Shown: positions 25,726-35,340 of the stretch, one piece after another
How the letters are laid out: each line of letters begins with the position of its first letter
How positions within the stretch are numbered: position 1 is the first letter of the stretch
Assembly (NCBI GenBank): GCA_012837615.1
Contig: DUQX01000027.1
Span: 1-60,147 of the forward strand
Origin: Bacillota bacterium
GTDB taxonomy: Bacteria; Bacillota; Dethiobacteria; DTU022; UBA8154
DNA length: 60,147 bases
Direction: 5' to 3'
The notes under the pieces: generated by a model
The model's input: the letters and a program-made list of their open reading frames with translations, nothing else
Told to the model about the DNA's origin: nothing
Databases searched by the model: none
Program-made: the position numbers and the translations under genes

Positions 25726-26277
25726 ATGGATTCATTATATTCTGCTATCAATGTTATCTCTGTATGGGTTGTGCCCGGCCTCATCCTCCTGTCGCTAATT
25801 TATGCTCATTTTCGCGGGGTAAAAGTATTTGATACCTTTGTTGAGGGGGCTAAAGAAGGTTTTGAGATGTCCGTCAGGCTTATTCCTTTTCTGGTAGGGA
25901 TGATGGTCGCTATAGGTTTATTCAGGGGTAGCGGAGCCATGGAGCTTATCAGCAACCTTATAGAACCGGTATTGGGTTTTTGTGGGATACCTGCAGATAT
26001 TCTTCCCCTGGCCTTTATGAGGCCTGTTTCTGGAAGCAGTGCACTGGCTATTACTACAGAAATAATGAACATCCATGGGCCTGATTCGCTGATCGGGCGC
26101 ATGGCGGCTACGATGCAGGGGAGTACGGATACTACTTTATATGTGCTCACAGTATATTTTGGTGCAGTAGGTATTAAAAAAGTACGCTATGCCCTTGCTG
26201 TTGGATTAATAGCTGACCTGGCGGGGATCCTGGCAGCGGTGCTTATCTGCAACCTGGTTTTTGCCCCAAAGATATAA
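25726..26277 (+). CDS. spmB: Spore maturation protein B
   Basis: Membrane protein with LAFMRPVSGSSALA and MQGSTDTTLYVLTVYFG segments. It follows spmA. Confidence 0.8.
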   Translation: MDSLYSAINVISVWVVPGLILLSLIYAHFRGVKVFDTFVEGAKEGFEMSVRLIPFLVGMMVAIGLFRGSGAMELISNLIEPVLGFCGIPADILPLAFMRPVSGSSALAITTEIMNIHGPDSLIGRMAATMQGSTDTTLYVLTVYFGAVGIKKVRYALAVGLIADLAGILAAVLICNLVFAPKI

Positions 26278-26375
26278 TATAATTTAATTATCACCAAAAG
26301 CCAAAGATAGTTGTCTTTCAAACAATACGCAGAGGTGAATAATGATCCTGTTCCAGTACTGAAAGGTGCTATGGT

Positions 26376-27113
26376 ATGAGCGATTTAATAAGGCTGCAAA
26401 AATACCTCGCCGCCGGGGGTGTGGCATCCCGGCGTGCTGCCGAAAAGTTGATCGAAGCCGGAAAGGTAAAGGTTAACGGTAAGGTAGTAAAAAAACTGGG
26501 GGTAAAAATAGACGCGCTCCATGATATTATCGAAGTGGATAATAGCGTTATTACCGTTCCTGATAAAAAACAGTACTATCTGCTTAATAAACCCAAGGGG
26601 TATCTGACAACGGTAAGGGATCCTTTTGGAAGACCGACAGTAATGGATTTATTCCCTCAGGAATTAAGGAAAGGGCTTTTCCCCGTCGGTAGGCTAGATC
26701 TGGATACCGAAGGCTTACTCCTGGTTACCAATGATGGTGAAACGGCCTTTCGGCTTACTCACCCCCGATTTAAAATAAAAAAGAAATACATTGCCAGGGT
26801 TAAAGGTATACCCAGGGAAAAAGATCTGCAGCAGTTTAAAAAAGGAATTCTGCTGGAGGACGGGCCTACTTCACCTGCTGATGCCGCTATAATTTCGACT
26901 GATAAAAGTAACGCTTTGCTGCAGATTACTCTCCACGAAGGAAAAAAAAGGCAGATAAAGCGAATGTGTAAAACACTCGGTTATCCCGTGCTTTCGCTGA
27001 AAAGAACTGCCATTGCTTTTTTAAAACTTCACGGGCTCAGGCCGGGGGGGTACAGGACGCTGACACCTTTGGAAATAAACAAACTCGCAACTTTGCTGGG
27101 ATTAAAAGTATAA
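26376..27113 (+). CDS. rluB: 23S rRNA pseudouridine synthase (RsuA/RluB family)
   Basis: S4 domain (IRLQKYLAAGGVASRRAAEKLIEAGKVKVNG) and catalytic GRLDLDTEGLLL motif. Confidence 0.85.
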   Translation: MSDLIRLQKYLAAGGVASRRAAEKLIEAGKVKVNGKVVKKLGVKIDALHDIIEVDNSVITVPDKKQYYLLNKPKGYLTTVRDPFGRPTVMDLFPQELRKGLFPVGRLDLDTEGLLLVTNDGETAFRLTHPRFKIKKKYIARVKGIPREKDLQQFKKGILLEDGPTSPADAAIISTDKSNALLQITLHEGKKRQIKRMCKTLGYPVLSLKRTAIAFLKLHGLRPGGYRTLTPLEINKLATLLGLKV

Positions 27114-27267
27114 TTTATCATCTTTTTCTGGACAGGCTCTATTATGACGGCAGGAAATAGTTTTGTTTTCTCGAATTAGATCCTCATAAAAGGGTTAAAA
27201 TAGTTTCAAATAAGGAATGGAAATAATTGCTCATTTTCCCGGCGTTTATTCCAGGGGAGGGGTAAAA

Positions 27268-27762
27268 ATGTTGAAGGCTGAAGTTAATTCGAGGGAAAGG
27301 GATAAAGAAGAAAAAAACCTGCATGAAAGCCACACAAACTCGAAAATAAAATTTAAAGTAAGATTTGATTATAAAGGAAAGCCAAAACCGGCAAGGTTTT
27401 TCTTCGGTGGCAAAAAAACCGAGAGTGTCGCCAATGACTATAGGGAGCAGCAAGTACAGCTTTGGCGAAATGTGCCTTTGCAGGGGATAAATGTTGAGAA
27501 TATGGATTTGGGTGAAATATATAATGTATTTGACGAAGAATTAAACGAGGAGATCGCCTATGCTCCCCTTGAATTAGTAGTAAGTGCTGATTCACTGGAA
27601 GATCTTTTGCGCTTTATTATTAGAGAAGAATTTAGACGCATTGAAATCATAGAACCGCAGAGTATTCTTCTCAACAACAGGGAAATAGAAAGGTTGCTTT
27701 TCAAAATAAACGAACATTTACAAAACAAAATAGCGTATCTTATTAGAGAAAACAATCGCTAA
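27268..27762 (+). CDS. Hypothetical protein (164 aa, charged N-terminus, acidic/helical C-half)
   Basis: Strong SD ggggagggg lies 6 nt before ATG 27268. No family recognised. Confidence 0.5.
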   Translation: MLKAEVNSRERDKEEKNLHESHTNSKIKFKVRFDYKGKPKPARFFFGGKKTESVANDYREQQVQLWRNVPLQGINVENMDLGEIYNVFDEELNEEIAYAPLELVVSADSLEDLLRFIIREEFRRIEIIEPQSILLNNREIERLLFKINEHLQNKIAYLIRENNR

Positions 27763-27854
27763 AGGGTTGCCTGCTTTCCTCAGGTAATCACCCCTTAATT
27801 AGCATAAAGCTCCCCTTTCTGCATAAAAATATGTTATAAGGGGGGCTTATTAAT

Positions 27855-28376
27855 ATGGATTTTGATAAATGGTTACAGCGCTTTGTTACAAAAGTAGAAA
27901 AAATAATTTTTCGCCTGGCCCTTGGACTCGTTGTTCTCCTTTTTCTTGTTCAGGCTTTCCTTATGGAGGATGATGCACGGCTATTTCTTACTAAAACCGA
28001 TCAGCTTGAAGGGATACCGGTTATGGATAGCATTCAGGATGTGTTAGGTAGGGGAATGCTGAAAGAAGAAACGCGCCCTGCAATTAAGGAAAAAGACGAG
28101 GAAACAGCTTTGGCAATTAAACTCATCCCCCCGGAAGGGGTATCCGTAAAATTGTATCTTCAGGTTAACAACAGGATTGCTGCACAATTAGGTGAAACGG
28201 ATATTTATGTTCCAGTAAAACCCGGCGATTTACTGGAACTGGTTGGGGATGTCCCGGGTAACACCCCTGCAAGGGTCAAAATCGTGAAAGTATATGGAGA
28301 CCTGCAAGCTCCAGAAGAGGGGTGTGAAGTGACTACCTTTGGAGAAAAAGAACTTTTAGCCTGGATTATACCTTAA
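27855..28376 (+). CDS. Hypothetical membrane-anchored protein (173 aa)
   Basis: SD aagggggg before the ATG. One N-terminal TM (IIFRLALGLVVLLFLVQAFL) and a beta-rich C-domain. No family recognised. Confidence 0.5.
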   Translation: MDFDKWLQRFVTKVEKIIFRLALGLVVLLFLVQAFLMEDDARLFLTKTDQLEGIPVMDSIQDVLGRGMLKEETRPAIKEKDEETALAIKLIPPEGVSVKLYLQVNNRIAAQLGETDIYVPVKPGDLLELVGDVPGNTPARVKIVKVYGDLQAPEEGCEVTTFGEKELLAWIIP

Positions 28377-28585
28377 AATTCAATGTTTAGGGTTGTCAAA
28401 ACGACTATTATAGTATATTATTGCAATGGGTGACTTTTCTTTTTTTCTATGAGGTGGTTACGAGGTGCAGTATGCTGGGTGGAAGTTTATTAAAGGGGCA
28501 GAAAGTTTTTTTGATAGTATCTCTATTGCATTTTTTGAAGAAACAAAAAAAATATTATCTAATTATAAATACCATTATAAAAATA

Positions 28586-28660
28586 ACCGGTTATTTGTCG
28601 GTAAGCATGTCCTCATGCTCAGACCTTGGACATGAATACCGTGGTATCCGGTTTTTTATT
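28586..28660 (+). terminator. Long three-helix hairpin plus U-tract (terminator or sRNA 3' end)
   Basis: Three helices nest around a 15-nt loop: accgg/ccggt (28586/28648), cggta/taccg (28599/28637) and catgtcc/ggacatg (28606/28628). A ttttttattt tract follows. Confidence 0.5.
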
Positions 28661-28708
28661 TAACGGTTTTTTATTTAATAAGATAAACATAGCGATCGAG
28701 GTGGAAAA

Positions 28709-29386
28709 ATGCAAATAGCTATTGACGGCCCTGCAGGAGCTGGTAAAAGCAGTGTTGCCAAAGAAGTTGCCTGCCGTATGAACTTGAAGTGTCTTGATAC
28801 GGGGGCAATGTACCGTGCCATCACCTACAAGGCGTTGAAAGAAAATATCGATATCAATGATGGTAAAAAGCTCAGCGAGCTGGTGAGAAAATGCAATATG
28901 GAAATAGATTATCATAAAGAAAGAGGGACATTAATAATTTTGGACGGTGAGGATGTTACCGAAAAAATAAGGAGTCCTGAAGTTAATCATCACGTTTCTC
29001 TGGTTGCCAAAATACCGGAACTGAGAAAGGAACTCGTTCTGCTTCAAAAAAAAGTAGCCGAAAAAAGCGGGGGCATTGTAATGGAAGGCAGGGACATCGG
29101 AACAAATGTCCTTACCGGAGCGGATTTTAAATTTTTTCTTTATGCGGACATTAAAGAGCGCGCAAAAAGGCGCTGGCTGGAAATGAAAGCAAAGGAAAAC
29201 AACGTTTTACTTGACGAAATTTTAGAGGAAATTGCCATGAGAGACCGCATTGATCAGGAAAGGGAGGAATCACCTTTAAGGATTGCACCTGGAGCACATG
29301 TAATAGATACCACTCCATATTCTTTAGCAGAGGTTGTCGAATTAGTATTGGAATATATCCGTAACGGGCAAAAAACAAAAAACTGA
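28709..29386 (+). CDS. cmk: Cytidylate kinase
   Basis: IAIDGPAGAGKSSVAKEVA P-loop and LDTGAMYR motif. Confidence 0.9.
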   Translation: MQIAIDGPAGAGKSSVAKEVACRMNLKCLDTGAMYRAITYKALKENIDINDGKKLSELVRKCNMEIDYHKERGTLIILDGEDVTEKIRSPEVNHHVSLVAKIPELRKELVLLQKKVAEKSGGIVMEGRDIGTNVLTGADFKFFLYADIKERAKRRWLEMKAKENNVLLDEILEEIAMRDRIDQEREESPLRIAPGAHVIDTTPYSLAEVVELVLEYIRNGQKTKN

Positions 29387-29415
29387 TGAAAAAATAATGC
29401 ACTAATGGGGTTATT

Positions 29416-30006
29416 ATGCTGTATAAGGTTTTAAGATGGGTTTTTATTGTTTTTTTTAAGATTTTTTACGATGTACAAATATATGGTGCGGATAATATTC
29501 CTTCCAGCGGTCCTTATATTATTTGCTCCAACCATACCAGCTGGTTCGATCCACCTCTGATAGGGTGTGTGTTTTCAAAAAACAAGCTTTGTTTCATGGC
29601 CAAAGAAGAGTTATTCAGGGTATTTATCCTTGGTTACATTATTAAGAGAATTTATGCCTTTCCGGTAAAAAGAAACACCGCAGATAGAGCAGCTATTCGA
29701 CGTGCATTGCAAATCTTGGATCAAGGAGATATACTTGCGCTTTTCCCCGAGGGAACAAGAATAAGGACGAAAGAGCTGGGGAAGCCTCATCATGGAGCCG
29801 CGCTTATCGCCTTGAAAAGTAAAAAACCGATAATACCCGTGTTTATCAAATGGCCACCCCACATTTTTATGCCGGTGAAAGTAGGTATAGGCTCTTTGAT
29901 ATTTTTTGAAGAAGAGGGTAAGATAAAGAGTAAGATTTTAGAAAAAGCCAGTCAAAAAATTATGGAAGAACTAAAGAAAGCTGCTGCTAATATAGGGGAG
30001 GCATAA
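29416..30006 (+). CDS. plsC: 1-acyl-sn-glycerol-3-phosphate acyltransferase
   Basis: NHTSWFDPP (HX4D) and FPEGTR motifs. Confidence 0.85.
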   Translation: MLYKVLRWVFIVFFKIFYDVQIYGADNIPSSGPYIICSNHTSWFDPPLIGCVFSKNKLCFMAKEELFRVFILGYIIKRIYAFPVKRNTADRAAIRRALQILDQGDILALFPEGTRIRTKELGKPHHGAALIALKSKKPIIPVFIKWPPHIFMPVKVGIGSLIFFEEEGKIKSKILEKASQKIMEELKKAAANIGEA

Positions 30007-30010
30007 ATCG

Positions 30011-32029
30011 TTGGAGATATATTTAGCAGAGCATGCAGGTTTTTGTAGAGGTGTCGAAAATGCATTAAATATCACTCTCCAGGAAGCTGAAAAGGGGAAA
30101 AAAGTTAGCACGCTGGGTCCCCTGGTACACAATGAAGACGTAACGGGCTTCTTAACAGAAAAGGGAGTAACATGTGCCGACAACCCGGATGAGCTGGATA
30201 ACTGCACGGTAGTAATCCGGACGCATGGTATTGCTCCGGATGTCCTCGCTCACCTTTTACAGCGAGATGATTTGAAAGTAATAGATGCTACCTGCCCGTT
30301 TGTCAAGCGTGTACAAATGCTTGCCCGGGATTATGAACAAAAGGGATTTGACATCTTAATTTACGGCGATCTCCACCATCCCGAAGTACAAGCCTTGCTC
30401 GGCTGGTCCCGGGGAAAAGCCAGGGTTATTGAGCCTGGCAAAACAGGACTGCTCACAAATTTAAATCTCTCCTCCAGGGCAATTTTTATATCACAAACGA
30501 CTCAGCGGGAAGAGGGTTTTTTAAACACTGCTAAAGAGTTAAAAAAAATATGCCCGGAGCTTAAGGTTTTTAATACAATCTGTAAAGCAACTGTTCTCAG
30601 ACAGGATGCTGCAGCTAAATTGGCTTCAAAGGTAGACTTAATGCTTGTAGTGGGCGATATGAAAAGTTCTAACACCTGCAAACTAGCACAGGTCTGCCGT
30701 GAAATAACAATAACTCACCAGGTTGCCGGAACCCGAGGCATTTCAAGGGAATGGCTGGTGGGGGTAAAAAAAGTTGGGGTAACAGCAGGGGCTTCAACCC
30801 CATCCTGGACGACAAAGGAGGTCATGGTTATGTTGGAAGATGGTAATTTAGAAACCGCCGGAACAGAAAAAAACTTTTCCGAAGACGAGGGCCAAGATTA
30901 CAGAGATTATCGGCCGGGCGATATTATTACGGGTAAAGTTGTACTGGTGGAGGACGACCAAGTTCTGTTCGATATCGGTCACAAATCTGAGGCGGTTCTT
31001 CCCCGCAATGAGGTTTTTTTAGAGGGCGATACCACACTAAAAGAAAAATTCTCAGAGGGGGAAGAGGTAGACCTGTTGGTATTAAAGATAGAACAGCAGG
31101 ATGAAACAATAATCGTATCCAAAAAACGCCTTGATAGGGAAAGGCGCTGGAAAGAGCTCGAAGAAGCTGTGGAATCGGGGGCAACTATGAAAGGTATTGT
31201 TAAAGAAGTAGTACCTGCAGGAATTATCATAGACATAGGCTCTGGAATTGAAGGCTTTATGCCCGGCTCCCTGGTAGATGTGCGCTATATTCCTGATTTC
31301 CAGCAGTTTTTAGGGCAGGAATTTTCCTTTAATGTCATAGAGTTAAATCGCGAAAGAGATAAGGTGATCGTCTCAAGGAAGCAGATGCTGGAAAAAGAAA
31401 TAGAAAAACAGAAAAAGGAAACAATTGAAAATCTAAAAGTGGGAGAGGTAATTAGCGGAACTGTTAAAAGGTTAACTGACTTTGGGGCTTTTGTTGATGT
31501 GGGGGGTATAGACGGTTTAGTCCATATTTCTGAAGTATCCTGGCGGCGGGTAGGCCATCCTCAGGACGTTTTAAAGGTTGGCGAGCAGGTAGACGTTAAA
31601 GTATTAGAGGTAATACCGGATAGAGAGAGAATCAGCCTCAGCGTCAGGCAAGCACAACCGGATCCCTGGCTCACGGCCAACAGCCAATTTAGCCCCGGTG
31701 ATATTATTAAGGGCAAGGTAACCAGGATCGTAAATTTTGGAGCTTTTGTAGAACTAATTCCCGGAGTTGAAGGATTAGTTCATATCTCACAAATGGCCGA
31801 TTTCCATGTCAAACATCCTTCGGAAATCATTCAGGAGGGGGAAGAAATCGAAGCAAAAATCTTGGATATGAACATTGAAAATAAAAGAATTAGCTTAAGC
31901 ATAAAAAAAGCACGGCCGGCACCCAGGGATTATTCTTCACATTCCTCGCAGGGAGAAAGTGAAAATCAAAATGTGACCCTTGGGGATGTTTTCGGTGATT
32001 TATTTAATAACGACCAGACCGATAACTAG
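30011..32029 (+). CDS. ispH: Bifunctional 4-hydroxy-3-methylbut-2-enyl diphosphate reductase / ribosomal protein S1 fusion
   Basis: N-terminal IspH (AGFCRGVENA, ATCPFVKRV, TICKAT Cys ligands) runs in one frame into four S1 repeats (GKV..., FGAFVDVGGIDGLVHISE, FGAFVELIPGVEGLVHISQ). TTG start. Confidence 0.9.
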   Translation: MEIYLAEHAGFCRGVENALNITLQEAEKGKKVSTLGPLVHNEDVTGFLTEKGVTCADNPDELDNCTVVIRTHGIAPDVLAHLLQRDDLKVIDATCPFVKRVQMLARDYEQKGFDILIYGDLHHPEVQALLGWSRGKARVIEPGKTGLLTNLNLSSRAIFISQTTQREEGFLNTAKELKKICPELKVFNTICKATVLRQDAAAKLASKVDLMLVVGDMKSSNTCKLAQVCREITITHQVAGTRGISREWLVGVKKVGVTAGASTPSWTTKEVMVMLEDGNLETAGTEKNFSEDEGQDYRDYRPGDIITGKVVLVEDDQVLFDIGHKSEAVLPRNEVFLEGDTTLKEKFSEGEEVDLLVLKIEQQDETIIVSKKRLDRERRWKELEEAVESGATMKGIVKEVVPAGIIIDIGSGIEGFMPGSLVDVRYIPDFQQFLGQEFSFNVIELNRERDKVIVSRKQMLEKEIEKQKKETIENLKVGEVISGTVKRLTDFGAFVDVGGIDGLVHISEVSWRRVGHPQDVLKVGEQVDVKVLEVIPDRERISLSVRQAQPDPWLTANSQFSPGDIIKGKVTRIVNFGAFVELIPGVEGLVHISQMADFHVKHPSEIIQEGEEIEAKILDMNIENKRISLSIKKARPAPRDYSSHSSQGESENQNVTLGDVFGDLFNNDQTDN

Positions 32030-32092
32030 TGTGATAACTAGTGTAAAGAAAGAACTAATTCCTGCGGACACTTCATAAGTAACAGCAAGCAA

Positions 32093-32120
32093 ACCGACCT
32101 GTAGAGGCCGGTTTTTTTTT
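32093..32120 (+). terminator. Intrinsic terminator after ispH/rpsA
   Basis: accgacc-tgtaga-ggccggt (one mismatch) followed by T9. Confidence 0.7.
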
Positions 32121-32204
32121 GTCAATTGCCATACGCATAAATAATACAATTAGGGTTAATCTATGGTAGTAAAATGTTTTCTTCCAATAAAGGGGGCACT
32201 GTTC

Positions 32205-32903
32205 GTGAATTACGGCGTAGTTTTTCTCCTGGCGATAGCCATCGTTGTATATTTGGGATTGGCACAAAGAGCACTTGACAGGTTGCGTTTAAACGACCGC
32301 ACCGCCCTGCTCTTCCTGGTTGCCATGATCATTGGGACTTACTTGCCGGATATTCCTTTAGGCGGGGATATCAGTATTAACCTGGGTGGCGGAGTAATAC
32401 CGATTGTCCTGGCGGTCTACCTCTGGAGTAAATGTGATAGATCCGAGATAAACAGATCCGTAATTGCCGTAATAGTTACTTCGGTTGTTGTATATGCGAC
32501 GATGAAAATTATGCCCCTGGAGCCTACTTATAATTTTTTTCTAGATCCTTTGTATATTATCGCGTTATTATCGGGCCTTGTAGCTTACGCTTCCGGAAGA
32601 ACAAGAAGGGGCTCGTTTATTGCCGGATCAATGGCTATAGTTATTAACGATTTGGTAGCACAGGTAGAAAACATATTCGCTGGAGCTGTTTCTACCGTTA
32701 CCATCGGAGGCGCCGGAGTATTTGATGCCGTGGTAATTTCCGGCTTTATTGCCCTTGGGCTGGCCGAATTCGTTGGGGAGACAATTGAAAGGATAAATCT
32801 TGAAGTTTTTACCGAACACCCAGCCGAAAATATAAATCAAGATAAACAAGAAACTGGTGAAGATAACCTTTCGGCTGAAGGGGATAGCCATGCTGAAGAA
32901 TAA
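32205..32903 (+). CDS. DUF1614-like integral membrane protein
   Basis: GTG 32205 follows SD aaaggggg. The polytopic protein has INLGGGVIPIVLAVYL and an acidic tail. Family recalled from memory. Confidence 0.55.
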   Translation: MNYGVVFLLAIAIVVYLGLAQRALDRLRLNDRTALLFLVAMIIGTYLPDIPLGGDISINLGGGVIPIVLAVYLWSKCDRSEINRSVIAVIVTSVVVYATMKIMPLEPTYNFFLDPLYIIALLSGLVAYASGRTRRGSFIAGSMAIVINDLVAQVENIFAGAVSTVTIGGAGVFDAVVISGFIALGLAEFVGETIERINLEVFTEHPAENINQDKQETGEDNLSAEGDSHAEE

Positions 32904-33030
32904 ACTGTAAAAATATCAACGCATTTAACTCAAGGTTACAAAAACACATTCAATGATGGGTTCATATTTTTTCCGTCTAAATTTTTTTCCCTAAAAATTG
33001 TGAAATAAAATATTTGGCAGGTGTTGATAT

Positions 33031-34197
33031 ATGGTACGGGTCAGAAAACAATTGTACAGGATTATTTGCTTATCGATAGCATTTTTGTCGGCAATAGTTA
33101 TGTTTGCACCAAGTTTAGAAGCCGCCGAGTTTTCCGATATACTCGATGAACGTTCCCCGGAAGAAGGATATTATTCCATGAGAGATCAAGAAACAGAGGA
33201 AATAATCATGAAAACGGCCAGGTTGGTACACGTAGGCGATGAATATATTAATCATGATAACATTTTGTACCGTGTTGAACGTATAGAAGAAGATATTGCC
33301 TGGGCACGCAATCTTGGAAAAATCACACTCGCTGACTTCGAAGCGGAAGTCTTTTCAAACAATATTTTGCACACTTCATTTCTGGGAGGACAAAAAAAAC
33401 AAACCGGTGAGACAGTGCTAGGGATATATCATTCGCACGGCGCGGAATCATATGTGCCTTCAGATGGAAGCGATAGCATCCCGCAGGGGGGCGGGATTAT
33501 CGATGTTGGAGAAAGCTTTGCGCATGCGCTGGAACAAAAGAGTTTCAAAATAATTCACTCAAACAAGACGCATGTACCGCACGATGCCATGGCCTATCAA
33601 AGATCCAGGAGAACTGCCGAAGAGTTCCTCAGGTCCGGCGCCAAAGCTTTATTCGATGTTCACCGCGATGCTGTCCCTCCGGAGGAGTATATCGATGTTG
33701 TTAATAATGACGAAAAGGTTCAAATACAGTTCGTTGTCGGGCGTCAAAACCAGAATCTCGAGGCCAACAGGGATTTTGCCGAAAACCTTAAAAAAATTAC
33801 CGATGAAAAATATCCTAACCTGATTAAAGGAATTTTTATGGCTAATGGAAGCTACAACCAGGATATGCTGCCGATGTCCATATTGTTGGAAGTAGGGGCC
33901 CATGAAAATACGAAAGAAGGAGCCGAGGAATCAGTTGCCCTTTTCGCCGATGCGGTGGGGACTTATTTTGGAGCAGAAAGCAAAGGGGCAAGAGAAGGCC
34001 TAGGTATGGTTGCTTTTCGAAGCGCACTCTGGGTTATTTTAATTGCAGCGGTTGCCCTTGGCGTATATATGCTTATCGGCACCGGCAGCGTAGAAGAACT
34101 GCGGGCCAAACTGACACATTTCTTTAAAAAAGAGTTTGCCGAATTTGGCGGGAAAGGAAATAAAGAAGGTGAAGGCGAGGGCGAGGGCAGCGAATAG
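33031..34197 (+). CDS. spoIIP: Stage II sporulation protein P
   Basis: GIYHSHGAESY...LFDVHRDA...ILLEVGAHENT amidase-like SpoIIP motifs, with an N-terminal anchor. Confidence 0.85.
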   Translation: MVRVRKQLYRIICLSIAFLSAIVMFAPSLEAAEFSDILDERSPEEGYYSMRDQETEEIIMKTARLVHVGDEYINHDNILYRVERIEEDIAWARNLGKITLADFEAEVFSNNILHTSFLGGQKKQTGETVLGIYHSHGAESYVPSDGSDSIPQGGGIIDVGESFAHALEQKSFKIIHSNKTHVPHDAMAYQRSRRTAEEFLRSGAKALFDVHRDAVPPEEYIDVVNNDEKVQIQFVVGRQNQNLEANRDFAENLKKITDEKYPNLIKGIFMANGSYNQDMLPMSILLEVGAHENTKEGAEESVALFADAVGTYFGAESKGAREGLGMVAFRSALWVILIAAVALGVYMLIGTGSVEELRAKLTHFFKKEFAEFGGKGNKEGEGEGEGSE

Positions 34198-34221
34198 CTC
34201 TGGGGGAGTGCGCGCACGGCG

Positions 34222-35118
34222 ATGATAAATTCTAATTACCTGCAGGCAATATTAAACGGGGTAGCTCTCGGGGTTCTAATTCGCTATTTCCTGCTCAAAA
34301 GAGACTATCGCCAGTATCCGAGTTATCCGCATGGGGTAATCACCCACCTTTCTATGGCTTTTATTGCATCTGTAATCGGTGCGATAGCGATACCTGCCTT
34401 AATGGAGGAAGAATACACTGCGGTTACTTTTCTGGCTTTGGCAGCAACGCAGTTTAGGGAAGTGCGGGGGATGGAAAGGATTATGCTGGAGGAGCTGGAT
34501 AAAACCAATCTGGTACCCAGAGGACCTGACTATATAGAAGGCATAGCCAGGGTATTTGAAGCAAGGAATTATCTCGTGATGTTTGCAGCGCTATTAATAG
34601 GCGGTGCTACTTACTGGGGTAATATTTTTTATGGTTTGGTGGTCGGTTTTTTTGCTTTTTTAATTTCACAAAAACTGATGGGAGGAAAAGTTCTGGGCGA
34701 CATAGCCCGTGTGAGAGAAGGAAAGGTATTTTTTGAAGGGCCTAATCTATATGTAGAAGGTATACATATAATGAACCTGGGGATGGAGAAAGTAAGGAAA
34801 AGCTATCTCGAAAGAGCCCTGGGTGTAATAATTGAGCCGTATAATGACGATGGTCGGGCAACGCTGGCAAATAACGGTCAGCGTATTGCAATCGCCCACG
34901 ATGCCGCAGCCTTAATGGGAATTTATAAAGATTTGGATACCCCCGAATTTACCCCTATTGTGCGCAGGGATCTGGATACCGGAAGGTTGGCACTGATTAT
35001 CACCCCTTTAGAAAAAGATATCGAGTATCTGTTAGAAGCAGTAAAAAAAGTCCCTGTGCTGGAAAGCGCCTTGAGCACGCCTCTAAAAAGTTATCTGGGC
35101 AGAAAAGCTGCAGATTGA
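34222..35118 (+). CDS. YIEGIA family membrane protein
   Basis: Contains the literal family motif PDYIEGIARVFEARNY, plus several TM helices. Confidence 0.8.
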   Translation: MINSNYLQAILNGVALGVLIRYFLLKRDYRQYPSYPHGVITHLSMAFIASVIGAIAIPALMEEEYTAVTFLALAATQFREVRGMERIMLEELDKTNLVPRGPDYIEGIARVFEARNYLVMFAALLIGGATYWGNIFYGLVVGFFAFLISQKLMGGKVLGDIARVREGKVFFEGPNLYVEGIHIMNLGMEKVRKSYLERALGVIIEPYNDDGRATLANNGQRIAIAHDAAALMGIYKDLDTPEFTPIVRRDLDTGRLALIITPLEKDIEYLLEAVKKVPVLESALSTPLKSYLGRKAAD

Positions 35119-35136
35119 AAGGGGGGACTATTAAGG

Positions 35137-35325
35137 CTGGAGCTTGAGAAATATATCCTTGCGATTATCACCCTAGATGCCGGGAAAGTTGGCGGGTGTG
35201 GAGCACCCATTTTTTATGCTTCAACTAAAGAAGAACAGGATAATGTAGCTACCTACCTCTCAAGAATCATGGGGGGTATCGTCCATGATCTTGAAAATGG
35301 AACATATATAATTGTAAAGCACTAG
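35137..35325 (+). CDS. 62-codon small ORF (candidate YIEGIA partner protein) with probable CTG start
   Basis: The frame is open from the YIEGIA stop. SD aagggggga lies 9 nt before CTG 35137, and no ATG/GTG/TTG occurs until late in the frame. Sequence LELEKYILAIITLDAGKVGGCGAPIFYASTKEEQDNVATYLSRIMGGIVHDLENGTYIIVKH. Not in the ORF track. Confidence 0.45.
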   Translation: MELEKYILAIITLDAGKVGGCGAPIFYASTKEEQDNVATYLSRIMGGIVHDLENGTYIIVKH

Positions 35326-35340
35326 GGGGACGGGGGACTT

